Part shown: piece after piece, positions 38,250 to 47,555 of the stretch
Numbering within the stretch: position 1 is the first letter of the stretch
How the letters are laid out: the number at the start of each line of letters is the position of its first letter
Assembly: GCA_963719085.1 (NCBI GenBank)
Contig: CAVRAL010000001.1
Span: 320,001 to 384,000 of the forward strand
Length of the DNA: 64,000 bases
Origin: a candidate division FCPU426 bacterium
GTDB taxonomy: Bacteria; Oederibacteriota; Muellerivitia; Muellerivitales; Muellerivitaceae
Direction: 5' to 3'
The notes under the pieces: generated by a model
The model's input: the letters and a program-made list of their open reading frames with translations, nothing else
The model's database searches: none
What the model was told of the DNA's origin: nothing
Position numbers and translations under genes: made by a program

Positions 38250-39302
38250 ATGCCTTTTCCATTGGTTCGGCCGGTCGGCTTTAATTTCGGCGGCTGGATT
38301 TCCCAATCCACATTGGAAGACTCCCATGTGGAAACCTTTCTGTCCGAAAAAGATTTCAAAACCGTGGCCCAATGGGGTTTCAACTCCGTGCGCCTTCCGG
38401 TGGATGGTCCGTGGCTTTTTGAGAACGGCGGTCAGGGGCCGCTATCCAAGAAAAAACTGGAAGTCTTGAAAACCATCCTCCGCTGGTCGGCGGAGGCCGG
38501 GCTTTTAACCGTGTTGGACCTGCACCAGGTGCCCTGGCATTCTTTCGCGAAACCTGAGATCGAGAATTTGTGGAAAAGCGAAAAGGACCTGGATTCTTTC
38601 CGCGGTCTTTGGGCCGAATTGACCCACGCTTTGAAGGGGTTTGAAGGCCCGCTTTGGTTTGACTTGCTCAACGAGCCGACCGCCCAATCACCCTTGGATT
38701 GGCGAAAACCCGCCAAGCTCTCTTATGAGACGGTCCATCGGGAAGACCCGAACCGGATCATCGTTTTAGAATCCACCCGTTGGGGTTCGGTCCAAACGAT
38801 TGAGGATTTGGCCCAGGCCGTGCAGGGACCCCAATTGGTCCATAGTTTTCATTTTTATGAGCCCATGTGCGTGACCCATCAAAGGGCGCCTTGGTGGAAG
38901 GAAGGCCATCCTTATAAGGAGACCGTTCTTTATCCGGGACCCATTCCCAAAGCGAAAGACTACTTGGCGGGAGAACTTCCGGCGGATACCCGCAAAAGGC
39001 TGGAGTTTGAGGGTTCGCTCGAATGGAATAAGGACGCCCTGCGGGAGTTGTTGAAGCCGGTGGAAAAATTAGTGAAACAGGGTTTCACCCTTTATTGCGG
39101 GGAATTTGGGGTTTTCGAACAGGCGCCCCGGTCTTCCCGGCTGAATTGGATGGCGGACGTGGTTGAGATTTTTGGCCAATTGGGGGTAGGTTGGGCCTAT
39201 TGGAACTATAAGTGGCTTGATTTTGGCATCTGGCCCAAGCAAAGTGGGCGGACGGGCCCGCTGGATCAAGAAATGTTGTCGATTCTTCAAAAGGGGATTT
39301 AA
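38250..39302 (+). CDS. glycoside hydrolase family 5 (cytoplasmic)
   Basis: GFNSVRLP, LLNEP acid/base, HFYEP, CGEFG nucleophile, WAYW; no signal peptide. Confidence 0.92.
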   Translation: MPFPLVRPVGFNFGGWISQSTLEDSHVETFLSEKDFKTVAQWGFNSVRLPVDGPWLFENGGQGPLSKKKLEVLKTILRWSAEAGLLTVLDLHQVPWHSFAKPEIENLWKSEKDLDSFRGLWAELTHALKGFEGPLWFDLLNEPTAQSPLDWRKPAKLSYETVHREDPNRIIVLESTRWGSVQTIEDLAQAVQGPQLVHSFHFYEPMCVTHQRAPWWKEGHPYKETVLYPGPIPKAKDYLAGELPADTRKRLEFEGSLEWNKDALRELLKPVEKLVKQGFTLYCGEFGVFEQAPRSSRLNWMADVVEIFGQLGVGWAYWNYKWLDFGIWPKQSGRTGPLDQEMLSILQKGI

Positions 39303-39305
39303 CGA

Positions 39306-41615
39306 ATGAAAAAGAAGCGGTTGGCGGAGGGCGTTTGGCTGGCCTTGGGGCTGGCGGGGCTCCTGGCGGGTTGCGGCGGCAATCGCTCGATGGTCCAAAA
39401 CCAACCCGCGCCCGCCCCATCGCCCATTGTGGCCGCCCCCGCGGCGGCGGCTCCGGTGCCGGCGTCCGCGAACGCCGAGGTGAACCAGCCGGTGGCGGAC
39501 CCAGACTACCAGCAAGCGGTGACCGACGCCAATGGCGCCACGGTGAGCTGGCGCAATATGGCCGACTATTACACCGTGGCCCAATATCAGTATAACCACT
39601 CGGATTGGGCGGACTCGCTGAAGACCTATCAAAGGATTTTGACCGAACTCAGCGCTTCCCCCAAATTAGACCGGGCCCAGTACATGGTGGGGCAGGTTTA
39701 TTTCCAGATGAAGAATAACCTGTCGTCGCTTTCGGCTTTCCAGAACGTCCTTCAAAATTATCCGAGTTCGTCTTACGCGGATCCGAGCCGCCAAATGATG
39801 GAATACATGATCCAATATTCCTTGAGCCTGGATGAGCTGAAAAGGTTCGAGGCCAATTATCCGGGGTCGCCTTTAAAGTGCCCCACCTTGTTCCAATTGG
39901 GAAGCCGGGAAGCCCAAGCCGGCGACACCACGGACGCGGTGCAAACCCTGAACAGCTACCTTCAACAATGCCCCCAGGACGCTTCCGCTTCCTCCGCGCA
40001 GCTGCTGCTTCAGTCCATGCGGGACCAGCAAAAGGGCAAGACCTGGCGGCTGGGAGTCTTGGCGCCTTTAAGCGGACGGTTTAAGGGATTCGGCCAATCT
40101 TTCGTCAATGGAATCACATTGGCTTTTGAGCAAGCGGGCCAAAGCGGCGTCCCCCATAAAATGACCCTGGCCGTGGTGCAGGACACGGGCGGCGACTCGC
40201 TCAAGGCCGTCAAATTATTCCAGCAAATGACCCAGGATGGATCGGTGGACGCCATCCTGGGCCCCGTGGTGAAGTCGGAAATCGACGCCGTGGCGCCCTT
40301 GGCCAACCAGCAAAAGATTTTACTTTTAGCCTCGACCTATCCGGTGGACGGACTCTCGGGAATCGGACCCTATATTTTCAGCAACAGCATGACCAACGAG
40401 ATGCAGGGCCGGGCGATGGGCCACTACGCGGTGGAACATTTGGGGCTCAAGCGCTTCGGGCTGCTTTATCCCGACGATGGCTACGGCCAGACGCTGTCGC
40501 AGGCGTTCAGCCAAACCGTGGAAGCCTTAGGCGCCACCGTGACGGCCCAGGATACCTATGAACCCAATTCCACCGATTTCCAAAAACAAATCGCGGATTT
40601 GGGCGGACAAAACCCGGAAGCCGCCAAAGAAAACGACCGCGATAACCAGCGGAAGCTGGATGAGCTTCATTACAATTTAGGCAAAGAAATCCAAAAATTC
40701 CTTTTCAAGGCCCAGCAAGCCGATCCCACCAGTTCCACGGTGGCCTTTGTGGCGCCGGCGGAAGCCCTGGCCAATACCCAAAGCCCTTCCATTCAAAAGG
40801 ACGTCAACGCGGTTTTGCTCAATGACATCCAAGGTGCCAAGGGTTTCACCTTGCGCAGCGACGATTTGGTTCAGCAGGCTTTGACCCGGCTTCCGGTGGA
40901 ATATCGGGGAACCACGCTTCCTGTCAGCGCGGACCAATGGGACGATGTGGCGGAAGACCTGCAGGCGTCCGTCATCGTCACGGGCCGGATTTTCGGAATG
41001 AATCCGCCGACCGACACCACCGATCCGACCTGGGACTATTCGCTGGAATTGGAAGCGTTTCAAACCGACCCGAAGAGCGGGCAGTTGACCAAGTTGGCCG
41101 GCGATAAATTGTCCTTCAGTGTTTTTAAACCCATCGGCCTGGTGCCGAATAGCTTGAAGTTTGACGCTTTATATATGCCCGCCCATTCGGTGGAGATTCC
41201 TTTGATCGCGTCCCAATTGCATTATTACAACTTGAGCCCAACGCTCTTGGGGGGGCATCTTTGGCTGAACGACAACTTGTTGCAGGATGATCCCAAGGAT
41301 GTGGAAGGATCGTACTTTGTCACGGGCTTTTTCCCCGACAGCCAGCAGGGCACGACCAAGGATTTTGTGACCGCTTATTTGCAGCGTTTCGCCGCCAAGC
41401 CCGATCTCGTGGCGGCGGAAGCTTATGACGCGGCCAAGCTCTTGATCAAGGCCGGAGACACGGCCGTCAGCTCGGACGACCTGCGCAACCAATTGATGGC
41501 GATCAAGGATTTTGACGGCGTGGGCGGGCAAACTTCCTTCAACGGACACGCGGAAGCCGATAAACAAGTGCCGGTCATCCAGATCAAGGACGGGAAGTAC
41601 CAGCAGGTTCAATAA
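39306..41615 (+). CDS. LpoA-like lipoprotein (TPR N-terminus plus periplasmic-binding-protein type I fold)
   Basis: LAGC lipobox, BamD-like TPRs, LGVLAPLSG, AILGP, AAEAYDA. Confidence 0.75.
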   Translation: MKKKRLAEGVWLALGLAGLLAGCGGNRSMVQNQPAPAPSPIVAAPAAAAPVPASANAEVNQPVADPDYQQAVTDANGATVSWRNMADYYTVAQYQYNHSDWADSLKTYQRILTELSASPKLDRAQYMVGQVYFQMKNNLSSLSAFQNVLQNYPSSSYADPSRQMMEYMIQYSLSLDELKRFEANYPGSPLKCPTLFQLGSREAQAGDTTDAVQTLNSYLQQCPQDASASSAQLLLQSMRDQQKGKTWRLGVLAPLSGRFKGFGQSFVNGITLAFEQAGQSGVPHKMTLAVVQDTGGDSLKAVKLFQQMTQDGSVDAILGPVVKSEIDAVAPLANQQKILLLASTYPVDGLSGIGPYIFSNSMTNEMQGRAMGHYAVEHLGLKRFGLLYPDDGYGQTLSQAFSQTVEALGATVTAQDTYEPNSTDFQKQIADLGGQNPEAAKENDRDNQRKLDELHYNLGKEIQKFLFKAQQADPTSSTVAFVAPAEALANTQSPSIQKDVNAVLLNDIQGAKGFTLRSDDLVQQALTRLPVEYRGTTLPVSADQWDDVAEDLQASVIVTGRIFGMNPPTDTTDPTWDYSLELEAFQTDPKSGQLTKLAGDKLSFSVFKPIGLVPNSLKFDALYMPAHSVEIPLIASQLHYYNLSPTLLGGHLWLNDNLLQDDPKDVEGSYFVTGFFPDSQQGTTKDFVTAYLQRFAAKPDLVAAEAYDAAKLLIKAGDTAVSSDDLRNQLMAIKDFDGVGGQTSFNGHAEADKQVPVIQIKDGKYQQVQ

Positions 41616-41635
41616 AGATAATTATCGAAAACCTA

Positions 41636-41736
41636 TTTCACCACCAAGGCACCAAGACGCCAAGGACGGCTAAACTGAGGGTATTTAACCCAAATTATTT
41701 TTGCTTTCTTGGTGTCTTGGTGCCTTGGTGGTAAAA
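41636..41736. repeat. palindrome family A variant (empty)
   Basis: ACCACCAAGGCACCAAGACGCCAAG ... CTTGGTGTCTTGGTGCCTTGGTGGT. Confidence 0.9.
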
Positions 41737-41774
41737 CATTCTGTGACTTTACCCATAATAAAAAGGTTTGAACC

Positions 41775-43103
41775 GTGAGCGACAACACTAAATTCGGCCC
41801 GCCCAAGGGGATGCGGGATTGGCTGCCGAAAGAAACCCTCCTGCGCCAAAAACTGATCCGCCTCATCGAAACTCATTACCAACTTTACGGCTTTGAACCT
41901 ATTGATACCCCGGTGATGGAAAATATCGAGGTGTTGCAAGGCAAGGGCGGCGGCGAGAACGAGAAGCTGATGTTTAAAGTTCTCAAGCGCGGTGAGGAGC
42001 TTGAAAAGGCCAAGGCATCGGGTGATTTAGCTGACATGGGCCTGCGTTTCGACATGACGGTTCCTTTGGCCCGCTATTACGCCAATCACGCCAATGACCT
42101 TCCTAAGCCTTTCCGTTGTTCCCACATCGGCCCCGTCTGGCGGGCGGACCGGCCCCAGCGCGGGCGCTTCCGTGAATTTTACCAATGCGACATCGACATC
42201 GTGGGCGGGGCTTCCGATTCCTACGAAGTGGAATTACTTTTGGCCACGGACCGGGTTTTGAAAGCCTTGGGCGTGGGGAAATTTAAAATTCGAATCAGCG
42301 ACAAACAATTGCTCACCATGGTGCTTCGCCGCATTGGGACTCCGGTGGAAAAATTGGCGGGCGTGGCGGTGGCCATCGACAAGATGGACAAGCTTTCGTT
42401 CGACGACGTGAAAAAAGAAATCGCCGGTTTGGGCTTGGAGAGCGAAAATCTTGAAAAGATCGCGCTTTTCCTCAATAGCGCCAAGAGCGGCTTCCTTGAT
42501 TTGACTTTATTTAAAGAAGTGAAAATCACCGAACTCGGCAAAAAGATCCAGTCCATCTGCGACCGGGTCAAGGCTGTCAATCCCGAAGCCAATGTGGTTT
42601 TTGATCCTTTGCTCGTCAGGGGATTTGACTATTACACCGGGCCGGTTTTTGAGATCAACGTGGAAGACAAGGACTTTACCTTTTCGATCGGCGGCGGCGG
42701 CCGTTATGACGGACTCATTGAAAAATTGGGCGGCCCCAAAGATACCCCGGCGGTTGGCTTGTCCCTCGGTTTTGAGCGCATCCTGACCATTCTTTTAGAA
42801 AAAAACACCACGGGTCCCCAGGCGCTTCAATCCCGGGTTCTAATCGTGAACAACGGCCAAACTGAAAAGGACATCCTGGACCTGGCGGAGAAACTTCGCT
42901 CCGGGGGCCTTTCGGTGGAAACGGTTTTAGAAAGTAAAAAAATGGGCCAGCAGTTGGAAGCGGCCCAGAAGAACGGCGTGGAGTTCGCCGTGACTGATTT
43001 CAAACCCGGCGGCGAAACCTTCAAAGTGCGCCGCCTGTCCACCCGGCAGGACGCCGAAATGGGCCTGGAAGAGTTGAAAAAACAAGTTAGAAGTTTGAAG
43101 TGA
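41775..43103 (+). CDS. hisS: histidine--tRNA ligase
   Basis: PKGMRD, LRFDMTVP, GRFREFYQCD, RGFDYYTG, GGGRYD. Confidence 0.97.
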   Translation: MSDNTKFGPPKGMRDWLPKETLLRQKLIRLIETHYQLYGFEPIDTPVMENIEVLQGKGGGENEKLMFKVLKRGEELEKAKASGDLADMGLRFDMTVPLARYYANHANDLPKPFRCSHIGPVWRADRPQRGRFREFYQCDIDIVGGASDSYEVELLLATDRVLKALGVGKFKIRISDKQLLTMVLRRIGTPVEKLAGVAVAIDKMDKLSFDDVKKEIAGLGLESENLEKIALFLNSAKSGFLDLTLFKEVKITELGKKIQSICDRVKAVNPEANVVFDPLLVRGFDYYTGPVFEINVEDKDFTFSIGGGGRYDGLIEKLGGPKDTPAVGLSLGFERILTILLEKNTTGPQALQSRVLIVNNGQTEKDILDLAEKLRSGGLSVETVLESKKMGQQLEAAQKNGVEFAVTDFKPGGETFKVRRLSTRQDAEMGLEELKKQVRSLK

Positions 43104-43280
43104 GCCGGGTCTTATTTTCCCGTCGCTGGCTCCGGAGCCCCGGCACACCCAGGGCGCGGTCTTCGACTCCTGGCCGAAGATCTGGGGGGGGTTAGAAGTG
43201 TTTTGAAAATGAAGGTTTGTGTTATTATACGGCTCCTCAAAACCGGCCCTTTCGGGGCCTTTTTTATTTGTCTCGCCTTC

Positions 43281-43309
43281 CTTGGCGCCTTGGCGTCTTG
43301 GCGGTGAAA
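43281..43309. repeat. solo right arm of family A
   Basis: CTTGGCGCCTTGGCGTCTTGGCGGTGAAA with no left arm upstream. Confidence 0.75.
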
Positions 43310-43330
43310 TTTAGGTAATAGGAGTTTTTC

Positions 43331-45121
43331 GTGGCGGAAATGCTCGGCGGCTGGAAAAGATCACACAAGTGCGGGGACCTGCGGGCCTCCGATGTGGGCA
43401 AGACCGTGACCCTGATGGGCTGGGTGCATCACCGCCGCGACCATGGCGGCCTGGTATTCGTCGACCTGCGCGACCGTTACGGCGTGACCCAGATCGTGTT
43501 TGATCCCCAATTGGCCGACAAGGTCCATAAGCAATCGCATCTCATTCGCAACGAATGGGTTTTGGCCGTGAAAGGTGAAGTGACCAAGCGGCCTGAAGGC
43601 ACCGTGAATCCGAAACTCGCCACCGGTGAGATCGAGATCCGCTGCAGTGAAGTGAAGGCCTTGAATCCATCCCAAACCCCGGTGTTCCCGATTGAGGACG
43701 ATGTGGATGTGGCTGAGGAAGTGCGTTTGGAATACCGCTACCTGGACCTGCGCCGGGAATCGATGAAAAACAAATTGGTCCTGCGGCATAAAACCGCCCA
43801 GGCGATCCGTTCCTATATGAACGCCAACGACTTTTTGGAAATTGAGACGCCCATCCTGATCAAAAACACCCCGGAAGGCGCCCGGGAGTATGTGGTGCCG
43901 AGCCGTATCTATCCCGGAAAGTTTTTCGTCTTGCCGCAGAGTCCTCAGTTGTTCAAGCAAATTTCCATGATCTCGGGGTTGGACCGCTATTACCAAATCG
44001 CCCGTTGTTTCCGAGACGAGGATCCCCGCGCTGACCGCCAACCCGAGTTCACCCAAGTCGATATCGAGATGTCCTTCATCGACGAGGACGATATCTACGC
44101 CATCGGCGAGGGCGTCATGAAGACTGTCTTCAAAGAAATCCTGGACGTCGATTTGGTCACGCCTTTTCCCCACATTCCTTTCAACGAAGCCATGGAAAAA
44201 TACGGCTCGGACAAGCCGGACCTGCGTTTTGACCTGCCCATGGTCAATGTGACGACGATCGCCAACCAAGCCGACTTTAAAGTTTTCAAGGATGTGATCG
44301 GCCGGGGCGGCGTGGTGAAGGCGCTCAACGCCAAGGGCTGCGCGGATTTTTCCCGCAAGGACCTGGAAGACCTGACCGGCTTCGTGGGCAAATACGGCGC
44401 CAAGGGGATGGCTTGGTTCAAGGTGAAGGATGGCAAGCTTGATTCCAACATCACCAAATATTTCAATGAGACAGTCCAAAAGGAATTGCTGACGGCTTTG
44501 AAGGGCGAGGAAGGGGACTTGTTCCTCTTTGGCGCGGACAATTTGGACGTGGTCAACGAATCCCTCGGCGCGCTCCGGGTGGAGATCGCCCGCCGCAAGG
44601 GCTTGATCGAAAAAGGACCCAAGTGGGCCTTTTGCTGGGTGGTGGATATTCCCATGTTCGGCACCGACGAAAAGGGAAGGCGCTTCGCGATGAACCATCC
44701 TTTTACCTCGCCCAAGGAAGCCGACGTGGCTTTGCTGGATACCGATCCGATGAAGGCCCTCTCCAAGGGTTATGACTTGGTTTTGAACGGCTTTGAGCTG
44801 GGCGGCGGCAGTATTCGTATTCATGACGTGGAACTGCAGTCCAAAATTTTCAAACTGCTTGAGATCAGCCCCGAGAAGGCCCAAGAGCGTTTCGGCTTCC
44901 TGTTGAAAGCCCTCAGCTATGGCGCCCCGCCGCACGGCGGAATGGCTTTCGGTTTGGACCGGGTGGTGATGCTTTTGACCGGCGCGGCCAACATCCGGGA
45001 AGTCATCGCTTTCCCCAAAACCGCCAAGGCCATCGATTTGATGACGGGCTCGCCTTCCGAAATTGACCCGGACCTGATCAAGGATCTCAAGATCAAGATC
45101 GAGCTTGAGGATTTGACTTAA
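43331..45121 (+). CDS. aspS: aspartate--tRNA ligase (probably non-discriminating)
   Basis: RRDHGGLVFVDLRD, LPQSPQLFKQ, RQPEFTQ, GAPPHGG. Confidence 0.97.
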   Translation: MAEMLGGWKRSHKCGDLRASDVGKTVTLMGWVHHRRDHGGLVFVDLRDRYGVTQIVFDPQLADKVHKQSHLIRNEWVLAVKGEVTKRPEGTVNPKLATGEIEIRCSEVKALNPSQTPVFPIEDDVDVAEEVRLEYRYLDLRRESMKNKLVLRHKTAQAIRSYMNANDFLEIETPILIKNTPEGAREYVVPSRIYPGKFFVLPQSPQLFKQISMISGLDRYYQIARCFRDEDPRADRQPEFTQVDIEMSFIDEDDIYAIGEGVMKTVFKEILDVDLVTPFPHIPFNEAMEKYGSDKPDLRFDLPMVNVTTIANQADFKVFKDVIGRGGVVKALNAKGCADFSRKDLEDLTGFVGKYGAKGMAWFKVKDGKLDSNITKYFNETVQKELLTALKGEEGDLFLFGADNLDVVNESLGALRVEIARRKGLIEKGPKWAFCWVVDIPMFGTDEKGRRFAMNHPFTSPKEADVALLDTDPMKALSKGYDLVLNGFELGGGSIRIHDVELQSKIFKLLEISPEKAQERFGFLLKALSYGAPPHGGMAFGLDRVVMLLTGAANIREVIAFPKTAKAIDLMTGSPSEIDPDLIKDLKIKIELEDLT

Positions 45122-45200
45122 GCGAAGAGCCGTTTAAACGGTTCGTTGATCAGCGCCGCTTAAAATCCCTTCAAAATAAGGGCCTTTTCCGGGGTTCGGC

Positions 45201-45229
45201 TTGACGAATGAAAGTCCTGATTCGATAAT
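45201..45229 (+). promoter_or_regulatory. putative sigma-70 promoter
   Basis: TTGACG-17bp-GATAAT. Confidence 0.55.
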
Positions 45230-45288
45230 AAAACCAGGCAAACAAGCGGACTATTTTAAGAAGGCTTGAACTTCTAGGAGAGACCCAA

Positions 45289-45777
45289 ATGCTCAAATCG
45301 AAAGCTTTTTTCATGATCGCTTTAATCGCCACCCTCTGGACCATGGGTTGCGCCGGTAATAAGCGCATTGAGGGAACTGACGCTCCTGCCGCGCCGGAAA
45401 GCGTTGATACCGCCGCCGCGCCCGCGCCTCCTGAAGCCCCGCCTCCTCCGGAGGCCCCCGCGCCGCCCGCTCCGACCCCGGTTGCCACCGCTGAGGGCGG
45501 CGCCGGTACCCGCTATATCGTGGTCAAGGGCGATACCCTTTGGGATATCTCCTATAAGTCCTTGGCTTATCACGACAGCTTTCAATGGCCCTTGATTTTC
45601 AAGGCCAACCGGGACCAGATTAAGGACCCGGACTTGATCTATCCCAAACAGGAATTTATGATCCGCCATGATTATTCGGATGTGGATGTGACGAAAGCGA
45701 AGAACGACGCTTCCGCGACGCCTAAATACGTGCCGCATACCCAGCCGCGGGAAACCCTGCCGGTTGATTACTTTTAA
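45289..45777 (+). CDS. LysM domain lipoprotein
   Basis: MGC lipobox, Pro/Ala linker, YIVVKGDTLWDI...IKDPDLIYP. Confidence 0.92.
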   Translation: MLKSKAFFMIALIATLWTMGCAGNKRIEGTDAPAAPESVDTAAAPAPPEAPPPPEAPAPPAPTPVATAEGGAGTRYIVVKGDTLWDISYKSLAYHDSFQWPLIFKANRDQIKDPDLIYPKQEFMIRHDYSDVDVTKAKNDASATPKYVPHTQPRETLPVDYF

Positions 45778-45818
45778 GTTCGGGAAGCGAAGTCCGGAAA
45801 AGCAGGATTTTAAAACCG

Positions 45819-45860
45819 AAAACTCCCTTTTTCCCGGTTGGGAAGAGGGAGTTTTTTTTT
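45819..45860 (+). terminator. intrinsic terminator
   Basis: AAAACTCCCTTTTTCCC/GGGAAGAGGGAGTTTT hairpin plus T-run. Confidence 0.8.
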
Positions 45861-45880
45861 AATGTTTTTAATTGAAACAA

Positions 45881-46062
45881 TTTTACCGCCAAGGCGCCCC
45901 GCTGGCCCATTGGGGGCCAAACGAGCGGGACAGTGCCGCCCCCATTAATTTTTTTATGGAGGGGCGGCCGCCAAGTTCGCCAAGAACAGCGAAAGACGAA
46001 GGCTTTTAAAACATATTTGGATTTAGCCTTTCTTGGCGAACTTGGCGCCTTGGCGGTGAAAA
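45881..46062. repeat. palindrome family A, left arm interrupted
   Basis: removing the insert gives ACCGCCAAGGCGCCAAGTTCGCCAAGAA, the exact reverse complement of the right arm. Confidence 0.92.
45896..45969 (+). mobile_element. two-hairpin CGGGACA mini-element, copy 7 (subtype I)
   Basis: GCCCCGCT-GGCCC...GGGCC-AGCGGGACAGT-GCCGCCCC...GGGGCGGCC. Confidence 0.88.
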
Positions 46063-46101
46063 AGTTTTTTTTGAGATTTAAATCTATCAGGAGTTTTTGA
46101 A

Positions 46102-47091
46102 TTGACCCAAGCCGTCAGCCACCGCATCACTTTGGATGACCATCAGGAATGCGTCCGATTATTCGGGGAAAAAGACCATACCCTGAAATTGATCCGTGAT
46201 TCTTTCGCCGTGACCCTCATCGCCCGCGGGAACGAACTGTTGTTGTCCGGGGAACCGCTGGAAGTTTCCCACGCGTCCCAGGTGATTGAGCGCTTGCGGC
46301 TTCATTTAAAGAAAAACACCGAAGGCTACCTTTCGGGGGCGAAAGTCAGCCAGACCATCGCCGAAGCCAAGGGCCAAACGCTGGAAGAACCGGAGCCGGC
46401 GGCGGCGCGGGAAACCATCCTCATCTCGTCTCGTAAAAAGCCCATCGCGGCGCGCACGGACAACCAGCAAAAATACGTGGACGCCATCCGAAGCCACGAC
46501 ATCGTCTTTGGCGTGGGGCCGGCGGGAACGGGAAAAACTTATTTGGCGATGGCCATGGCGGTCTCCGCCCTGCGGGACGGGCTGGTGGAGCGCTTGATCC
46601 TGACCCGCCCGGCGGTGGAGGCGGGGGAAAAGCTCGGATTTTTGCCGGGGGACCTGCAGGATAAGGTGGATCCCTATTTGCGTCCGCTTTATGACGCGCT
46701 TTATGACATGGTGGATTACGAAAAGTTACAGCGCCTGTTCCAACAGCGCGTGGTGGAAGTGGCGCCGCTGGCCTATATGCGGGGACGGACCCTGTCGAAC
46801 GCTTTTATTATTTTGGACGAGGCCCAGAACACCAGCCCCGAGCAAATGAAGATGTTTTTAACCCGCACCGGCGCCGGATCCAAAGTGGTGGTGACCGGCG
46901 ACGTGACCCAGGTGGACCTGCCCAGCGGCAAGGCCTCGGGCCTGGTCCACGCGCAGGAAGTCTTGAAGGGGCTGCCGGGCATCGGCGTGATTCATTTCCA
47001 ACCGCAGGACGTGGTGCGGCACAAATTGGTCCAGACCATTGTGCGGGCTTACGACAGCCATGAAGCCGCCAAAGCCGAAAAACCGGTTTGA
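46102..47091 (+). CDS. phoH: PhoH family ATPase (YbeZ-like)
   Basis: GPAGTGKT, RPAVEAGEKLGFLPGD, YMRGRT, DEAQN. Confidence 0.95.
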   Translation: MTQAVSHRITLDDHQECVRLFGEKDHTLKLIRDSFAVTLIARGNELLLSGEPLEVSHASQVIERLRLHLKKNTEGYLSGAKVSQTIAEAKGQTLEEPEPAAARETILISSRKKPIAARTDNQQKYVDAIRSHDIVFGVGPAGTGKTYLAMAMAVSALRDGLVERLILTRPAVEAGEKLGFLPGDLQDKVDPYLRPLYDALYDMVDYEKLQRLFQQRVVEVAPLAYMRGRTLSNAFIILDEAQNTSPEQMKMFLTRTGAGSKVVVTGDVTQVDLPSGKASGLVHAQEVLKGLPGIGVIHFQPQDVVRHKLVQTIVRAYDSHEAAKAEKPV

Positions 47092-47093
47092 CG

Positions 47094-47546
47094 ATGAAAC
47101 TATTGATCCGTGACGGACATGCCCGCAATCCGATTTCCCCAGTCTTGGCCCGCCGTTGGGCGGCGAAGGTCGTCCGCGCCGTCAAGGGCGCTTCCTTCGA
47201 GCGCCAATGCGAGCTTTCGGTGGTCTTTACCGGGGACGCCGAGGTGCGGAAGATGAACCGGCTTTACCGGAAAAAAGATAAGACCACCGATGTGCTGGCT
47301 TTTCCCTTGCGGGAAGGAAAATTATTGCGCGCCGGGCTTCCGGGTTCGGGGGCTTTGGGGGATGTGATGATCAGCGTGCCTCAAACCCTGCGCCAGGCGA
47401 AAGCCGCGGGCAAGAAGCCCCGGGAAGAAATGGCGCTGCTGCTGACCCACGGAATTTTGCATCTTTTGGGATATGACCACGTGACCCTTCGGCAGGAAAA
47501 GCGCATGTTTGGCTTGCAGAACCGTCTTTTAAAGAAATTGGTCTAA
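47094..47546 (+). CDS. ybeY: rRNA maturation endoribonuclease YbeY
   Basis: TDVLAFP, HGILHLLGYDH. Confidence 0.95.
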   Translation: MKLLIRDGHARNPISPVLARRWAAKVVRAVKGASFERQCELSVVFTGDAEVRKMNRLYRKKDKTTDVLAFPLREGKLLRAGLPGSGALGDVMISVPQTLRQAKAAGKKPREEMALLLTHGILHLLGYDHVTLRQEKRMFGLQNRLLKKLV

Positions 47547-47555
47547 AGGGAAAAA

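Noticed and set aside
43361..44935. 524-aa antisense ORF
   Set aside because: Shadow of aspS; no protein-like motifs.
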